Shown: positions 10,120 through 20,083, counted from the first letter of the stretch. The stretch is 64,000 nucleotides of DNA from Armatimonadota bacterium (GCA_041690135.1 JAWLHY010000015.1:96001-160000), one strand, 5' to 3'. A program made the numbers and translations. Notes: generated by a model not told the origin, from the letters alone.

Positions 10120-10690
10120 TCCTCACGTCGTCGCGTTCGTAGTACGCTCTCCAGCCCTGCAACCGGCGCAGAACCTCCGCCACCGGGATTCCCAGGTCTT
10201 CTTTCGGATAGAGGAAATCCCATTCCCCATAGGGCTCCATCGTACGCAGCCATTCTCGCTGTTGCGGCGTGCCCAGGTGGGATTCCAGCACCCGGCCTCG
10301 ATCGTGGACCCGCACCCCCAGGCCTCCGCCGACGGCCTCTCCTGTCTGCTTCATGTTGTCCCAACCGAGCACGTAAGTTCCCAGGGATTCGGTCACTTCC
10401 AGTCCGTCCGCCGTGAACCGGTAGAAACGCCGGTTGGCGTTCGTCGTGGCGTAGGCGACCATCGCCAACACAAGAGCCAGCAGCACCGCAAAGGCAGGAA
10501 GAGACGCGGGCGGCAGTCCCCACGACTGTAGCAGCGATCCCACGGGCGAGGTGGGGCGCGCCAGTGAGGCCCCGATCATCCAGGCAACAGCCCCACCCAG
10601 GACGGCGAGAATCAGCGCTCCCCGCGCCTCCTGCGCGGGAGTACGGCCGAAGGAGACGGGAAGATCGGGTGGCTCAGGGCTCATACTCAC
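10106..10690 (-). CDS. Hypothetical membrane protein (2 TM plus soluble PH-like tail)
   Basis: 194-aa ORF overlapping both neighbours; two hydrophobic segments. Confidence 0.65.
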   Translation of the reverse strand: MSMSPEPPDLPVSFGRTPAQEARGALILAVLGGAVAWMIGASLARPTSPVGSLLQSWGLPPASLPAFAVLLALVLAMVAYATTNANRRFYRFTADGLEVTESLGTYVLGWDNMKQTGEAVGGGLGVRVHDRGRVLESHLGTPQQREWLRTMEPYGEWDFLYPKEDLGIPVAEVLRRLQGWRAYYERDDVRNADE

Positions 10691-11072
10691 CGATACAGGT
10701 CAGGACCCCCTCGCCGCAGGCGGGGCACGGCTCCTCATCCAGCTCCACCCGCAGGGTTTCGCCGCACTCCGGACAGGGACCGCTCTCCGCGCCCGTCAGG
10801 CCCCGGGCTTCCGCCGCGAGGAACGCCTGGACCGGGTGCTCCGCGGGCTCGTCCAGTTCCACCAGCACGTGCATGCGCGATTCCCGGCAGCGCGGGCACC
10901 AGAGTTGGCTCCATAGCCCCGAGACGCGGCGCGGCGGCCACTCCACAAGGTCGGGATTGGGGTATTCGTAATCGCGCCGCTCGCCCGTTCGCGTCTTCTC
11001 GAACTCTCGAGAGAGCGAGATCTCCACGTCGAACGGGCACTGATCACATTGGTAGACGTAAACGTAGGGCAT
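10674..11072 (-). CDS. Hypothetical zinc-ribbon protein
   Basis: Four CxxC pairs (CDQC, CPRC, CPEC, CPAC); start taken at MPYV. Confidence 0.7.
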   Translation of the reverse strand: MPYVYVYQCDQCPFDVEISLSREFEKTRTGERRDYEYPNPDLVEWPPRRVSGLWSQLWCPRCRESRMHVLVELDEPAEHPVQAFLAAEARGLTGAESGPCPECGETLRVELDEEPCPACGEGVLTCIGEYEP

Positions 11073-11252
11073 GGCTGCGGATAGTTTATAGCCGATTCTG
11101 GCCGGCTGCATCCGGGAGCATCGGTCCCGACGCAGATGCGACCGATACTATACGTCTGACCGAAAAGCCAATGGACGCTGCCCACACCAGGCGGGTAATA
11201 TAGGCGCATCGCCTATGCGCATTCTTCGGAAGTATAAACGGGGAAGAACACG

Positions 11253-11486
11253 ATGCCAGTAGTGAAGATGAACCTGACGCTCGAGCCCGCAATTGCCGAG
11301 CAAATGCGAGCGCGGGCGCACGAGCAGTCCAAACCCGTGAGCCGCTACGTTGCCGACCTGGTAGCGGCCGACGTCCGACGTCGCCAGAATGAGTTGGCGG
11401 CGGAAGGATACCGGCAACTGGCCGCCGATTCGGCAGAGTTCGCTGAAGCAGCGTTGCCCCTGGGAACGGAGAACTGGCCGGACTAA
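11253..11486 (+). CDS. Antitoxin, RHH type (NdoAI/MazE-like)
   Basis: N-terminal ribbon-helix-helix pattern, ELAAEGYRQLA motif, directly upstream of MazF. Confidence 0.8.
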   Translation: MPVVKMNLTLEPAIAEQMRARAHEQSKPVSRYVADLVAADVRRRQNELAAEGYRQLAADSAEFAEAALPLGTENWPD

Positions 11487-11495
11487 GGGGGGATA

Positions 11496-11852
11496 ATGAT
11501 GCCGGTGAAGCGCGGAGACATTTACTGGGTCAACTTCGACCCCAGGCGCGGATCGGAGCAGGGTGGGGTGCGACCCGCTCTGGTCGTACAGAACGATGTT
11601 GGCAATGAGCACTCGCCGACTACTGTGGTAGTGGCCATCAGCAGCGCCCCCTTGCAGAGGCCCTATCCCTTTGTCGTGCCGCTGGATCCGGGCGAAGGCG
11701 GGCTCAACCGAGCAAGTCACGTCAATTGCGCACATATCCTGACGGTATCGCAGGAGCGGCTTGGGAAGCGGATTGGCGTACTCGATGCCCAACGTATGGA
11801 AGAGGTCACCGCCGCGCTGCACTATGAACTTGGTCCTTCACGGACGTTATAA
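11496..11852 (+). CDS. mazF: PemK/MazF family endoribonuclease toxin
   Basis: KRGDIYWVNFDPRRGSEQGGVRPALVVQND. Confidence 0.93.
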   Translation: MMPVKRGDIYWVNFDPRRGSEQGGVRPALVVQNDVGNEHSPTTVVVAISSAPLQRPYPFVVPLDPGEGGLNRASHVNCAHILTVSQERLGKRIGVLDAQRMEEVTAALHYELGPSRTL

Positions 11853-11875
11853 CAGCGGAGAAGGAGGAACCGGAT

Positions 11876-12799
11876 TTGTCGGATAGTACCTGCGCAATCG
11901 GAGTCGACCTGGGCGGCACCAATCTTCGCTGGGCCGTGGTTACGCCCGCGGGAGAACGCCTCTACCAGAGCCGCCACGAGCGGCCGCACAGCGAAGCAGA
12001 AATCCTGGAGGCTATCCGGGCCGGCGTGGCGGAGTGCCTGGAGCGCTACCCCGGCGCCTGCGGGGTCGGCGTGGCCGTACCGGGGATCGTCACCCCCGCG
12101 GGCGTCACCTCGACCAACCTGGGCTGGAACCTGCTGGATGTGCAGGGCAAGCTCAAGGACCTGCCGATTCCGCTGCTGCTGCTGAATGACATGGCCGCCG
12201 GTGCGGTGGGGGAACTACACTTCGGCCGGGCACGCGGCTTCAAGAACGTGATCTTCGTCACCGTCTCGACCGGTATCGGCGGAGGGATTATCCTGAACGG
12301 CGACGTCTACCGCGGCGCAAACGGCCTGGCGGGGGAGGTGGGACACACCGTGGTCGACCTCAACGGCCTGCTCTGTGGCTGCGGCCGGCGCGGCTGTTGG
12401 GAGATGATCGCCTCCGGCACGGCCCATCGCCGCCGGATCCGGGAGGCCTACCAGAGTGGTACCTGGCCCAACCTGGACCACGAGCCCACCCCCGCGGAAG
12501 TAACCGACCGCGCCCGGAACGGCGACCGCGCGGCACGCGCCCTGCTGCTGCGGACGGCCCGTTACCTCGGCATCGGCGTGTCGAACCTGGCCAACCTCTA
12601 CGACCCCGAAGCCGTCATCTTCACCGGCGGTTTCGCCCGCAACAACTGGGATATCATCCACGCTTACCTGCTGCAGGAAGTCCGCGACCAGGCCTTCAGC
12701 CAGTCGGTCCAACTCCTGCTGACGGAATTGGGAGACGACGCCGGCCTCATGGGAGCCGCGGCCCTCAGCCTCCGCCAGCACGGCCCGGGGATTGCGTGA
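11876..12799 (+). CDS. ROK family sugar kinase (glucokinase-like)
   Basis: GVDLGGTN, STGIGGG, GEVGH, CGCGRRGCWE, DAGLMGAA. Confidence 0.9.
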   Translation: MSDSTCAIGVDLGGTNLRWAVVTPAGERLYQSRHERPHSEAEILEAIRAGVAECLERYPGACGVGVAVPGIVTPAGVTSTNLGWNLLDVQGKLKDLPIPLLLLNDMAAGAVGELHFGRARGFKNVIFVTVSTGIGGGIILNGDVYRGANGLAGEVGHTVVDLNGLLCGCGRRGCWEMIASGTAHRRRIREAYQSGTWPNLDHEPTPAEVTDRARNGDRAARALLLRTARYLGIGVSNLANLYDPEAVIFTGGFARNNWDIIHAYLLQEVRDQAFSQSVQLLLTELGDDAGLMGAAALSLRQHGPGIA

Positions 12800-13027
12800 G
12801 GCGCATCGTTCGTGCACGGCGGGTGCGTGGGCTTTGCGGCTGCCTCGTGCGGAGTGGGCGAGATGCGTAATGCGTAATGCGTAGTATTCGCGCGAGGTCA
12901 GTGTGCCGTGACAGGATTCCCGCCACGATCGTGATGCGAAGGCGTGAAACGTAAGCCGCGGGGCACGACAACGACAGGTTTGGCGCTGAGCGGTAACCGC
13001 CCCATTGCTTCGGGATAAGTTTGAACG

Positions 13028-13066
13028 CAGAACAGCCACCGGGTTACCGGTGGCTGTTCTGTCTTT
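13028..13066. terminator. Probable intrinsic terminator between convergent genes
   Basis: Perfect 15-bp stem cagaacagccaccgg-gtta-ccggtggctgttctg followed by tcttt. Confidence 0.7.
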
Positions 13067-13294
13067 CACTCCTGCGGAAGCCTATGGAAGCCGAACCTGC
13101 CTCCGGTAATCCAACCCCTGCCTGGCCCCAGACTTCACGTTTCACGCATTACGCAAAGAAGCCGCCCGAGGTAGACCCGCTGCCCCTGCACCTACCTCGC
13201 ACGTGGGCTTACGCATCATGCCCCACGCATCACGTTCGCCTCGCACGCAGCAGCCGTGATGCCCTCGAAGACCACCCCGCACGAAAACCCAGCA

Positions 13295-14455
13295 TCAATC
13301 CTCCAGCGCCTGCTGGATCGGATCGTTGGCCAGGGGCGAGATGATCTGCAAAGCTTGCAGCGAGCGGAACAGTTCCTGCCCGGCCTGCGCCGTGATCGTG
13401 CGGATCTCCGATGCTCGGGGATTCTCCATGCGCTTGAGGAGACGCACCGCCTCGGCCAATGACGCCAGGGTCTCCAGCAAGTTCTGCTCGGTGCCGAACG
13501 GAATCTCCACCGTGTGGCCGGCGCCCTGGAGTGCCTGGATAAAATCTGGCTCTTCCTGCTGGAACAGGAATCCGAGATCTTCTCCCCCTTCGGGCGTGAA
13601 GGTAGATCGCGCCTCCGGCTGCGCGACTGCTTCCACCGCCGTTCCGCTGACCTCGCGCTCCAGGATCCGCAGCGCCTTGGAGATCGCCTGGTAGAGCGGC
13701 GTCTCCTGCATGTCCTTGTCGGAGGAAACCCCGTAGTCTTCCCGGCTCGTTCCGTAGAACATCGGGTCGGTGGTCGCGTAATTCACGAACATCAACGCGA
13801 TGAACTTCTGGAAGACCTGGCTGTCGAAAGTGTACTTGTTCGCGTAGTTCTCCGGATTCGTCACGGAATCCAGCACGTCGTCGAACACCCTACCGATGAA
13901 CGGCCGCGGCGGCATCCCACCGATCTGCGCCATGGCATGCTGCGGCAGGAACTGATAATGGAACATCGGGTCCGGCTGGCCGCCCCGGCCGGCCCCGGTC
14001 CGCGCTACGGACTCGAACACGTCCACTTTCATCATGTTGTCCAGGGTCCGGCGGATGGTCCCCTTGGTGCACATGTGAACGATGTGGTCCTTGAACTCCT
14101 GGAGTTCGGTTCCCAGGAAGTGCGCCTGTCCGGAGGTGAGGCGGTCGCGCAGTTCTTCCAGCCGACGCACGAGATTACCCCGGGCATCGTCGATGATTCC
14201 CATCAACTCGGTGCGCAGTTCGTCATCGTCGGGGAAGACGTCGATGGTCTCGAATGTCGTCCGGATGACGGCAAAGTCATTGAGGCCGTCCTCCAGGCAC
14301 GGGTAAGCGATACCCAGAGGAATGTCGGGCGGGAACTCGGCGATGGCGTCCGCGTTCTTGAACCCGCTGTCCGGATCGACAAGCGCGTAAAAACGGTTAT
14401 TGGTCCGCAGGCTTTTGAGGAGAACGACCTGTCGGTTATCCACAGCAATACTCAT
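13295..14455 (-). CDS. Hypothetical protein
   Basis: 386-aa ORF with protein-like composition and strong codon bias; no family recognised. Confidence 0.75.
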   Translation of the reverse strand: MSIAVDNRQVVLLKSLRTNNRFYALVDPDSGFKNADAIAEFPPDIPLGIAYPCLEDGLNDFAVIRTTFETIDVFPDDDELRTELMGIIDDARGNLVRRLEELRDRLTSGQAHFLGTELQEFKDHIVHMCTKGTIRRTLDNMMKVDVFESVARTGAGRGGQPDPMFHYQFLPQHAMAQIGGMPPRPFIGRVFDDVLDSVTNPENYANKYTFDSQVFQKFIALMFVNYATTDPMFYGTSREDYGVSSDKDMQETPLYQAISKALRILEREVSGTAVEAVAQPEARSTFTPEGGEDLGFLFQQEEPDFIQALQGAGHTVEIPFGTEQNLLETLASLAEAVRLLKRMENPRASEIRTITAQAGQELFRSLQALQIISPLANDPIQQALED

Positions 14456-14826
14456 TTAGTGGACCCTGAAAGGGTCGGGCGGGGCACTGGAAAGCACACA
14501 AGCGCAACGAGACAGGGAGCCACCGCCCCTGTCCCTCGCGCCAGCACATGAATTATACGTACCAGCAGGCTTTCCTCCCCACAAGACCCGATCTCTCGGC
14601 CGCCAGCCGAGCGTTGCGCCTTCGACGGCGGACAGGGTGGAACGAAAGCGGCAACTAACTAATACCCCGAATATGGGGTCGAAACGTCAAACTCTTCTAC
14701 GCAGCGCAACCCAGCGGCAATTCCTGTGCTACATGCTGACATTTTGGTTCGCCTGCTGGAGACTAGAGAGTAGATCGCTGTACAGTCATCCCCGTCGAGA
14801 GATTTAAGCCCCAGCAGGAGCTGCTC

Positions 14827-15423
14827 GTGACCAACCGCGACCTGTATCTCTTCCTGGCCAGTATTTGCGATTCCCCGGCTTTTCGGGAACGGCCGCTGGA
14901 CGAGTATCTCCTCGCGCTGTGGCGGCTCACTCAACCCCACCGCGATTCCGAGCCTGTATCGCCTGGAGACTTCCGGCACCTCCTGGAACTCGCGTTCACG
15001 GCCGAGGTCCCGCCTTACCCCGAGGAATGGCGCCACCGGGCCGAAGCGGGGGATTCTCCTGGCTACGCGGGCTGGGAGGCGGTGCTGGCGGAACAGGTGA
15101 CCGACCTCCGTGAAATGGCCGCAAGCGGTGCTCTGGAGAACCCTCACCGCTATTTCGGCCTACAGTCTCCCCGGCGCCATTCGTGGTACAACTTCGACGC
15201 GGCCACCTACCTCGAATGCGCCGCCGCCGGCACCTTCGGCGCCTGGATACCGGCGGACGACCTGGATTCCGAATCCACTCCGCCACCCACGTTCCCGCCG
15301 CGCCCGGATACCCCGCCGGTAGAGAACGATTACCAAACCCTCCGGCGCTCCATCCACACCCTCACCACCATCCCCTGGGACCTATTCCGGGGCTTTCTCC
15401 GTGCGGGCCAGTGGTATGAATGA
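14827..15423 (+). CDS. Hypothetical protein
   Basis: 198-aa ORF, GGAG SD before GTG, overlaps next gene. Confidence 0.7.
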   Translation: MTNRDLYLFLASICDSPAFRERPLDEYLLALWRLTQPHRDSEPVSPGDFRHLLELAFTAEVPPYPEEWRHRAEAGDSPGYAGWEAVLAEQVTDLREMAASGALENPHRYFGLQSPRRHSWYNFDAATYLECAAAGTFGAWIPADDLDSESTPPPTFPPRPDTPPVENDYQTLRRSIHTLTTIPWDLFRGFLRAGQWYE

Positions 15424-15919
15424 TCCAATCACTGGCAAGCGTACCCGCCTTGCCTCAACTTCCGCAGCCTTCGCTCGGGAACTGTTCGCACGCCATCCCG
15501 ACTGGCGCGCTTATGCTGCAGCCTACGACCTCGAAGTCGAGGGCTACCTGGAGCGGCACCTGGAACTGCGGATTCCGGCCGCCCATCCTTACGTGCAGGA
15601 CCCACTGCGGGTGCAGGTCAAGCCGCGCGAGGTGTACCTCGAATGGGCCGGCTGGCACGATCACGTGTTCTGGTGGGAAGGGGAGCCGCTCGCAACCTGT
15701 CTCCGTAGCGCCGTCGAAACCATTGAGCTTTGGATCTCGGACCGCTATCTCTTCGCCACCGTCTATGCGGGCGAACAGCGAGTCCGCGAATGGGGGACAC
15801 TCCTGGATCACGCAGATGCATTGCGGCTTCTGAATGAACCGATGGCCCCCGGAGAACGTACCCTCATCCGTTCCTGGCGTGGCACCCACGATCGTACTCT
15901 TGGGCAGGATTCAGCATAG
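15416..15919 (+). CDS. Hypothetical protein
   Basis: ATG overlaps upstream stop (ATGAATGA); Trp-rich, ends RSWRGTHD-like. Confidence 0.65.
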   Translation: MNDPITGKRTRLASTSAAFARELFARHPDWRAYAAAYDLEVEGYLERHLELRIPAAHPYVQDPLRVQVKPREVYLEWAGWHDHVFWWEGEPLATCLRSAVETIELWISDRYLFATVYAGEQRVREWGTLLDHADALRLLNEPMAPGERTLIRSWRGTHDRTLGQDSA

Positions 15920-15953
15920 ATTCCGTGGTGCGCGGCATCGGAAGGTGACGCCC

Positions 15954-16490
15954 ATGACAACAGGAGCTGAATGGCCATCAAGCCCAACGATGGAGCGGGT
16001 GGCATTCTGGGGCCGTGCCCTCGTGCTGGCCGTACTCTTCCTCGGCGGCTGCCGGCTCCTGACCTCTCCGCGGGTGGAAACGGTTCCGGGCCCCGAGACG
16101 CCGGAGGTATTGACTCGCACTCGCGGACATTTGCTTCTGAGTGCGCCTCTGGGCGCGGTCGACTCCCTCTCACTGCCGGACGGCGAACGCCGCACCCTGC
16201 GCGCACCGTTGGAAGGCCGCAGCGACCCCACCGTGCACTCGCTCGGTGGTCCCGACAAGAAGGGGCGATATGTGCTCGTTGACGACTTCATGCACCAGGA
16301 GCAGCATGCCCTGCGGGTCATGAAACTCGACGGCAGCACTACGTCGATCCTCTTCCAGCGCCCGGGCGGAGCCCTCTGGCACGACTTCATTGGAGATCAC
16401 GTGGCACTTTCGCCTCGTCGCGGACAGGTTGCTTTCCTGTCTGGACTGCGATCGGTGCAGATGCGCAGAATGAAGCCGGCGGAGCGATAA
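15954..16490 (+). CDS. Putative lipoprotein, beta-propeller-like, probably 3'-truncated
   Basis: LAVLFLGGC lipobox-like; ALSPRRGQVAF repeat just before an abrupt stop. Confidence 0.5.
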   Translation: MTTGAEWPSSPTMERVAFWGRALVLAVLFLGGCRLLTSPRVETVPGPETPEVLTRTRGHLLLSAPLGAVDSLSLPDGERRTLRAPLEGRSDPTVHSLGGPDKKGRYVLVDDFMHQEQHALRVMKLDGSTTSILFQRPGGALWHDFIGDHVALSPRRGQVAFLSGLRSVQMRRMKPAER

Positions 16491-16621
16491 ATGCCGCCAT
16501 CCTGGCACTGCTGTTATCCGGTTATGTCGTCGGCGGCGTGCTCTTCATCGCTGGGTCCAGGGCCTATCCCGTACCCGCAAGCTGGGTGCGCATCTCAAGG
16601 GGAGACCCACGGTGAGCGATC

Positions 16622-16705
16622 AATACACTCCCGATGTGGATCGATCGGACGTTGCTCCGGGTGGGATGTAATCCGGAGCAAGCCGAAGACCTCACCCAGG
16701 AGACG
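16622..16705 (+). pseudogene. Possible ECF sigma factor region-2 fragment
   Basis: Translates to RTLLRVGCNPEQAEDLTQET and then runs into a repeat element. Confidence 0.4.
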
Positions 16706-16708
16706 GAA

Positions 16709-17112
16709 TGGATTAGGACGAGGATTAGGAAAATGAATCCAAGGACGCGGGTAATGACGACTTCCCTGACCAGGGGGCTGGCCACGTCGCTGTTGGGTGC
16801 TGGTTCAAGAGCGGTGAGCTTCGACAAGAGTCTCATCGGAACTGAGGAGTTACTGCAGATACACCGCTCCTCGCCATGACTACCGGTTTCATTGCCCGAA
16901 AGCCTGATTGCCCGAATGCCTGCCCGATGTCGTTGGTGAATTCTCCAGGATCGGCTGCAGCGCATACGTCCGTACGGGTTGCACTGCCCGCGATCGAATT
17001 TGCCAACAACATCCTGTCCGCCCGAACATTTACGCCCCACAGGGATACCTGACCACCCGAACACCTGGCCGCCCGAATGCCTGTCCGCCTGATTGCCCAA
17101 TGCCCAATGCCC
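16709..17112. repeat. Composite dispersed repeat, homologous to 48457-48840
   Basis: Same block order: ggattaggac, ccctgaccagggggct, cgtcgct, cgctcctcgc[c/a]atgac, cctgaccacc, gcccaatgcccaa. Confidence 0.7.
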
Positions 17113-17117
17113 CCTCA

Positions 17118-17146
17118 TTGACAGAGAACCGGGCGGGGGTTACAAT
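17118..17146 (+). promoter_or_regulatory. Sigma70-type promoter
   Basis: TTGACA-17 bp-TACAAT. Confidence 0.8.
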
Positions 17147-17152
17147 GGCCCC

Positions 17153-17326
17153 ACTGGAGCTGCCACTTACGCTTACCGGTCCCCGACCAGGCCAGCGCTC
17201 CACAAGGATTGACGGCCGGGCACGCCATCGACCGCCCCGCGACCATTCACCGTGTAGAAACCGGCGGTTTGGTGGTATTCCGGATTAGGAAGTAGCAGGC
17301 TCTGGGTCACCGACCCGGGGTCTTTT
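17153..17326 (+). ncRNA. Candidate 6S-RNA-like structured RNA
   Basis: About 170 nt between a near-consensus promoter and a terminator; 5' and 3' parts pair as a long rod (gagc/gctc, tgc/gca, actt/aagt, ccgg/ccgg, accaggcc/ggtttggt) around a central bubble. Confidence 0.55.
17298..17326 (+). terminator. Intrinsic terminator
   Basis: ggctctgggtc-acc-gacccggggtc followed by tttt. Confidence 0.65.
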
Positions 17327-17428
17327 GTCTTAGAATCCGCGGGAGCCGACGAGGCTCCCCGCAACGCCGTCGGGGCCGCCGGCAGACATGCGGCCCGGCG
17401 CCAGGCTAAAATCTGGTCAACACAGGCC

Positions 17429-19072
17429 ATGCCATCCGAATTGACTGCCGGAGAAACCCGGATCACTGATAACCTGGAGCAACTGCTGCAGGTACTGCCG
17501 CCGGACGTCCGTCTGGCGATCCATCAGCGCTTTCGCGAGGAGGAGCTGCTCGAGATCGTGCTCGACCTCGGCCGCTGCCCGGAGGCTCGCTCCGTCCAGG
17601 GCAGCTTCGACCTCACCGAGCGGCTGGTGGACCACAACGACCTGGAATACGTGACGAGCCGGGTGGGGGAGTTCGGCAAAGACAACCGTGCCGGCATCGA
17701 GCGCACCCTGCACCGTATCTCGGCCATCCGGAACCGGACAGGCCGCATTGTCGGGCTCACCTGCCGCATTGGTCGCGCCGTCTTCGGGACGATCGATATC
17801 ATGCGCGACGTGGTGGAGACCGGGAAGAGCATCCTCATCCTGGGCCGTCCCGGCGTCGGGAAGACGACCAAGCTACGTGAGGTCGCCCGGGTCCTCAGCG
17901 AGGAGTTCCAGAAGCGGGTGATCATCGTCGACACCTCCAATGAGATCGCTGGAGACGGCGACATCCCGCATCCGGCCATTGGACGCGCCCGCCGGATGCA
18001 GGTGCCGGAGCCGGCGCTCCAGCACGCGGTGATGATCGAGGCGGTGGAAAACCACATGCCCGAAGTGATCGTCATCGACGAGATCGGCACGGAGCAGGAA
18101 GCTTTCGCCGCCCGCACCATTGCGGAGCGCGGCGTGCAGCTCGTCGGTACGGCGCACGGCAACACACTGGAAAACCTGATGATGAACCCGACCCTGTCGG
18201 ACCTCATCGGCGGCATTCAGCCCGTAACCCTCAGCGACGAGGAAGCCAAGCGCCGCGGCACCCAGAAGACCGTGCTGGAACGCAAGGCGCCGCCTACGTT
18301 CGACGTCATCATCGAGATGATCGACAAGGAGCAGATGGCGGTCCACCACGACGTGGCGAAGACCATCGACAACATGCTCCGGGGCAAACCGCCGCGGCCG
18401 GAGATCCGCGAGCGGAGCTCTGAAGGGAATATCCACGTCATCCAGGTGGCCGACGAGGGTGCGCCCGCCCTGCTGCGACCGGACGGACTGGCCGACCGGG
18501 TGCGCCGCGCCGCGCGCGCCGCCGAAACTTCCGAACGCGGGGAACGCGCCGAGCGCTCGGCCTTCGCCCCCTCCCCGGACGGAGAGGAGGACGAGGAACG
18601 CGAGGCGCGGAAGCTACCGCCGACGGTCCGCATCTTTCCCTACGGGGTGAGCCGTAACCGGCTGGATAAGGCGATCCGGGACCTGCGTGTGCCCGCGACC
18701 CTCACCAAAACCTGGGACCAGGCAGACGTGATCGTCGCGCTGAAGGCGCACTACCGCCGCGAGCCCGGCCGCCTGCGGGACGCGATCGACAACAAGAAGT
18801 CGACGTTCGTGGTCCGGAGTAACACCCAGGTCCAAATCGAGTCGGTGCTGCGGGAAATGTTCGGCCTGGATCAGGAGTCCGAGGAGGCGCTGGCCCTCCG
18901 GGAGGCGGAAGAGGCGGTGGAGCGAGTGCAGGAATCCGGCGAGCCGATCGAGCTGATGCCGCAGACCGCTTACATCCGCCGCCTGCAGCACCAGTTGATT
19001 TCATCCTATAACCTGGTAAGCACCAGCATCGGCACCGAACCGCGCCGACGCATCCGGGTCAGCAAAGACTAG
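17429..19072 (+). CDS. Ycf45/SpoIIIAA-like AAA ATPase with C-terminal R3H domain
   Basis: [42 protein letters not shown]. Confidence 0.9.
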   Translation: MPSELTAGETRITDNLEQLLQVLPPDVRLAIHQRFREEELLEIVLDLGRCPEARSVQGSFDLTERLVDHNDLEYVTSRVGEFGKDNRAGIERTLHRISAIRNRTGRIVGLTCRIGRAVFGTIDIMRDVVETGKSILILGRPGVGKTTKLREVARVLSEEFQKRVIIVDTSNEIAGDGDIPHPAIGRARRMQVPEPALQHAVMIEAVENHMPEVIVIDEIGTEQEAFAARTIAERGVQLVGTAHGNTLENLMMNPTLSDLIGGIQPVTLSDEEAKRRGTQKTVLERKAPPTFDVIIEMIDKEQMAVHHDVAKTIDNMLRGKPPRPEIRERSSEGNIHVIQVADEGAPALLRPDGLADRVRRAARAAETSERGERAERSAFAPSPDGEEDEEREARKLPPTVRIFPYGVSRNRLDKAIRDLRVPATLTKTWDQADVIVALKAHYRREPGRLRDAIDNKKSTFVVRSNTQVQIESVLREMFGLDQESEEALALREAEEAVERVQESGEPIELMPQTAYIRRLQHQLISSYNLVSTSIGTEPRRRIRVSKD

Positions 19073-19750
19073 ATGTTCATCACGTTCGAGGGCCCCGAAG
19101 GCGCGGGCAAGTCCACGCAGATCGCCTGTCTCGCGGAATCCCTGCGGGAGATGGGGCGCGAGGTGGTCACGACCCGCGAACCGGGTGGGGTTCCCGCGGC
19201 CGAGCAGATCCGGGAACTGGTACTCCATGGAGACCTGGGCCCGGAAACGGAGGCCCTTCTGTTCCTGGCGGCCCGGGCAGAACACGCCCGGGTCGTTCTG
19301 CGTCCCGCCCTGGAACGGGGCGCGGTCGTCCTCTGCGATCGTTTCAATGATTCCACCCTGGCCTACCAGGGCTATGGCCTGGGGCTGGACGTGGAAACAC
19401 TGCGCTCCCTCTGCCGGTTCGCCTCCACCGGGCTGGTTCCCGATCTCACGCTCCTGCTCGATCTCCCCCCAGAAGTCGGCCTCCGGCGCCGGATGCCCGC
19501 CGGAACCCGGGCCGCCGAACAGCTCCACCTGGAGATCGACCTGGGCGACTCGGGAGCAGAAGCCCCTCCGCAGGCCATCAACAAGATGGAGAACCGGGCG
19601 CTCGATTTCCACCGTCGGGTGCGCGATGGCTTTCTCAAAGAGGCCGAACGCGATCCGCGGCGAATATCTATAGTGGATGCTTCCCGGTCGATCCGGCAAG
19701 TTCAACGAGACATCTGGAAACAGGTCTCACAAAGGATGAAGGCGGAATGA
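19073..19750 (+). CDS. tmk: Thymidylate kinase
   Basis: FITFEGPEGAGKSTQ, REPGG, CDRF, AYQG. Confidence 0.95.
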   Translation: MFITFEGPEGAGKSTQIACLAESLREMGREVVTTREPGGVPAAEQIRELVLHGDLGPETEALLFLAARAEHARVVLRPALERGAVVLCDRFNDSTLAYQGYGLGLDVETLRSLCRFASTGLVPDLTLLLDLPPEVGLRRRMPAGTRAAEQLHLEIDLGDSGAEAPPQAINKMENRALDFHRRVRDGFLKEAERDPRRISIVDASRSIRQVQRDIWKQVSQRMKAE

Positions 19751-20076
19751 AATTAGTTGTTGCAGTCATTCACGACCGCGACCAAAAACGGACCCGCGAC
19801 GCACTGCTGAAGGCCGGGTTCAAGTTCACCACCATCGCCAGTACCGGCGGGTTCTTGCGGGAAGGGAATGTGACGATACTCATCGGATCGGAGGAGGACG
19901 AAGTCGACCGCCTCATCTCGCTCCTCGGAGAGTCGTCCCGCACCCGCGAGCAGTACGTCAACGTCCTTCCCCCGGAGGCCACTCCCGTCGGCACATTCCT
20001 GACCAGCCCGGTCAAGGTGCAGGTAGGCGGAGCCATTGCGTTCGTGCTCGACGTCGAGCGGTTCGAGCGGTTCTGA
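19747..20076 (+). CDS. darA: Cyclic-di-AMP receptor, PII-like (DarA/PstA/YaaQ)
   Basis: STGGFLREGNVT, VQVGGAIAFV; between tmk and holB. Confidence 0.9.
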   Translation: MKLVVAVIHDRDQKRTRDALLKAGFKFTTIASTGGFLREGNVTILIGSEEDEVDRLISLLGESSRTREQYVNVLPPEATPVGTFLTSPVKVQVGGAIAFVLDVERFERF

Positions 20077-20083
20077 GCGCCTC

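Noticed and set aside
11253-11852. TA pair as marker of a prophage or island
   Set aside because: No integrase, att sites or phage genes; looks like an ordinary chromosomal MazEF.
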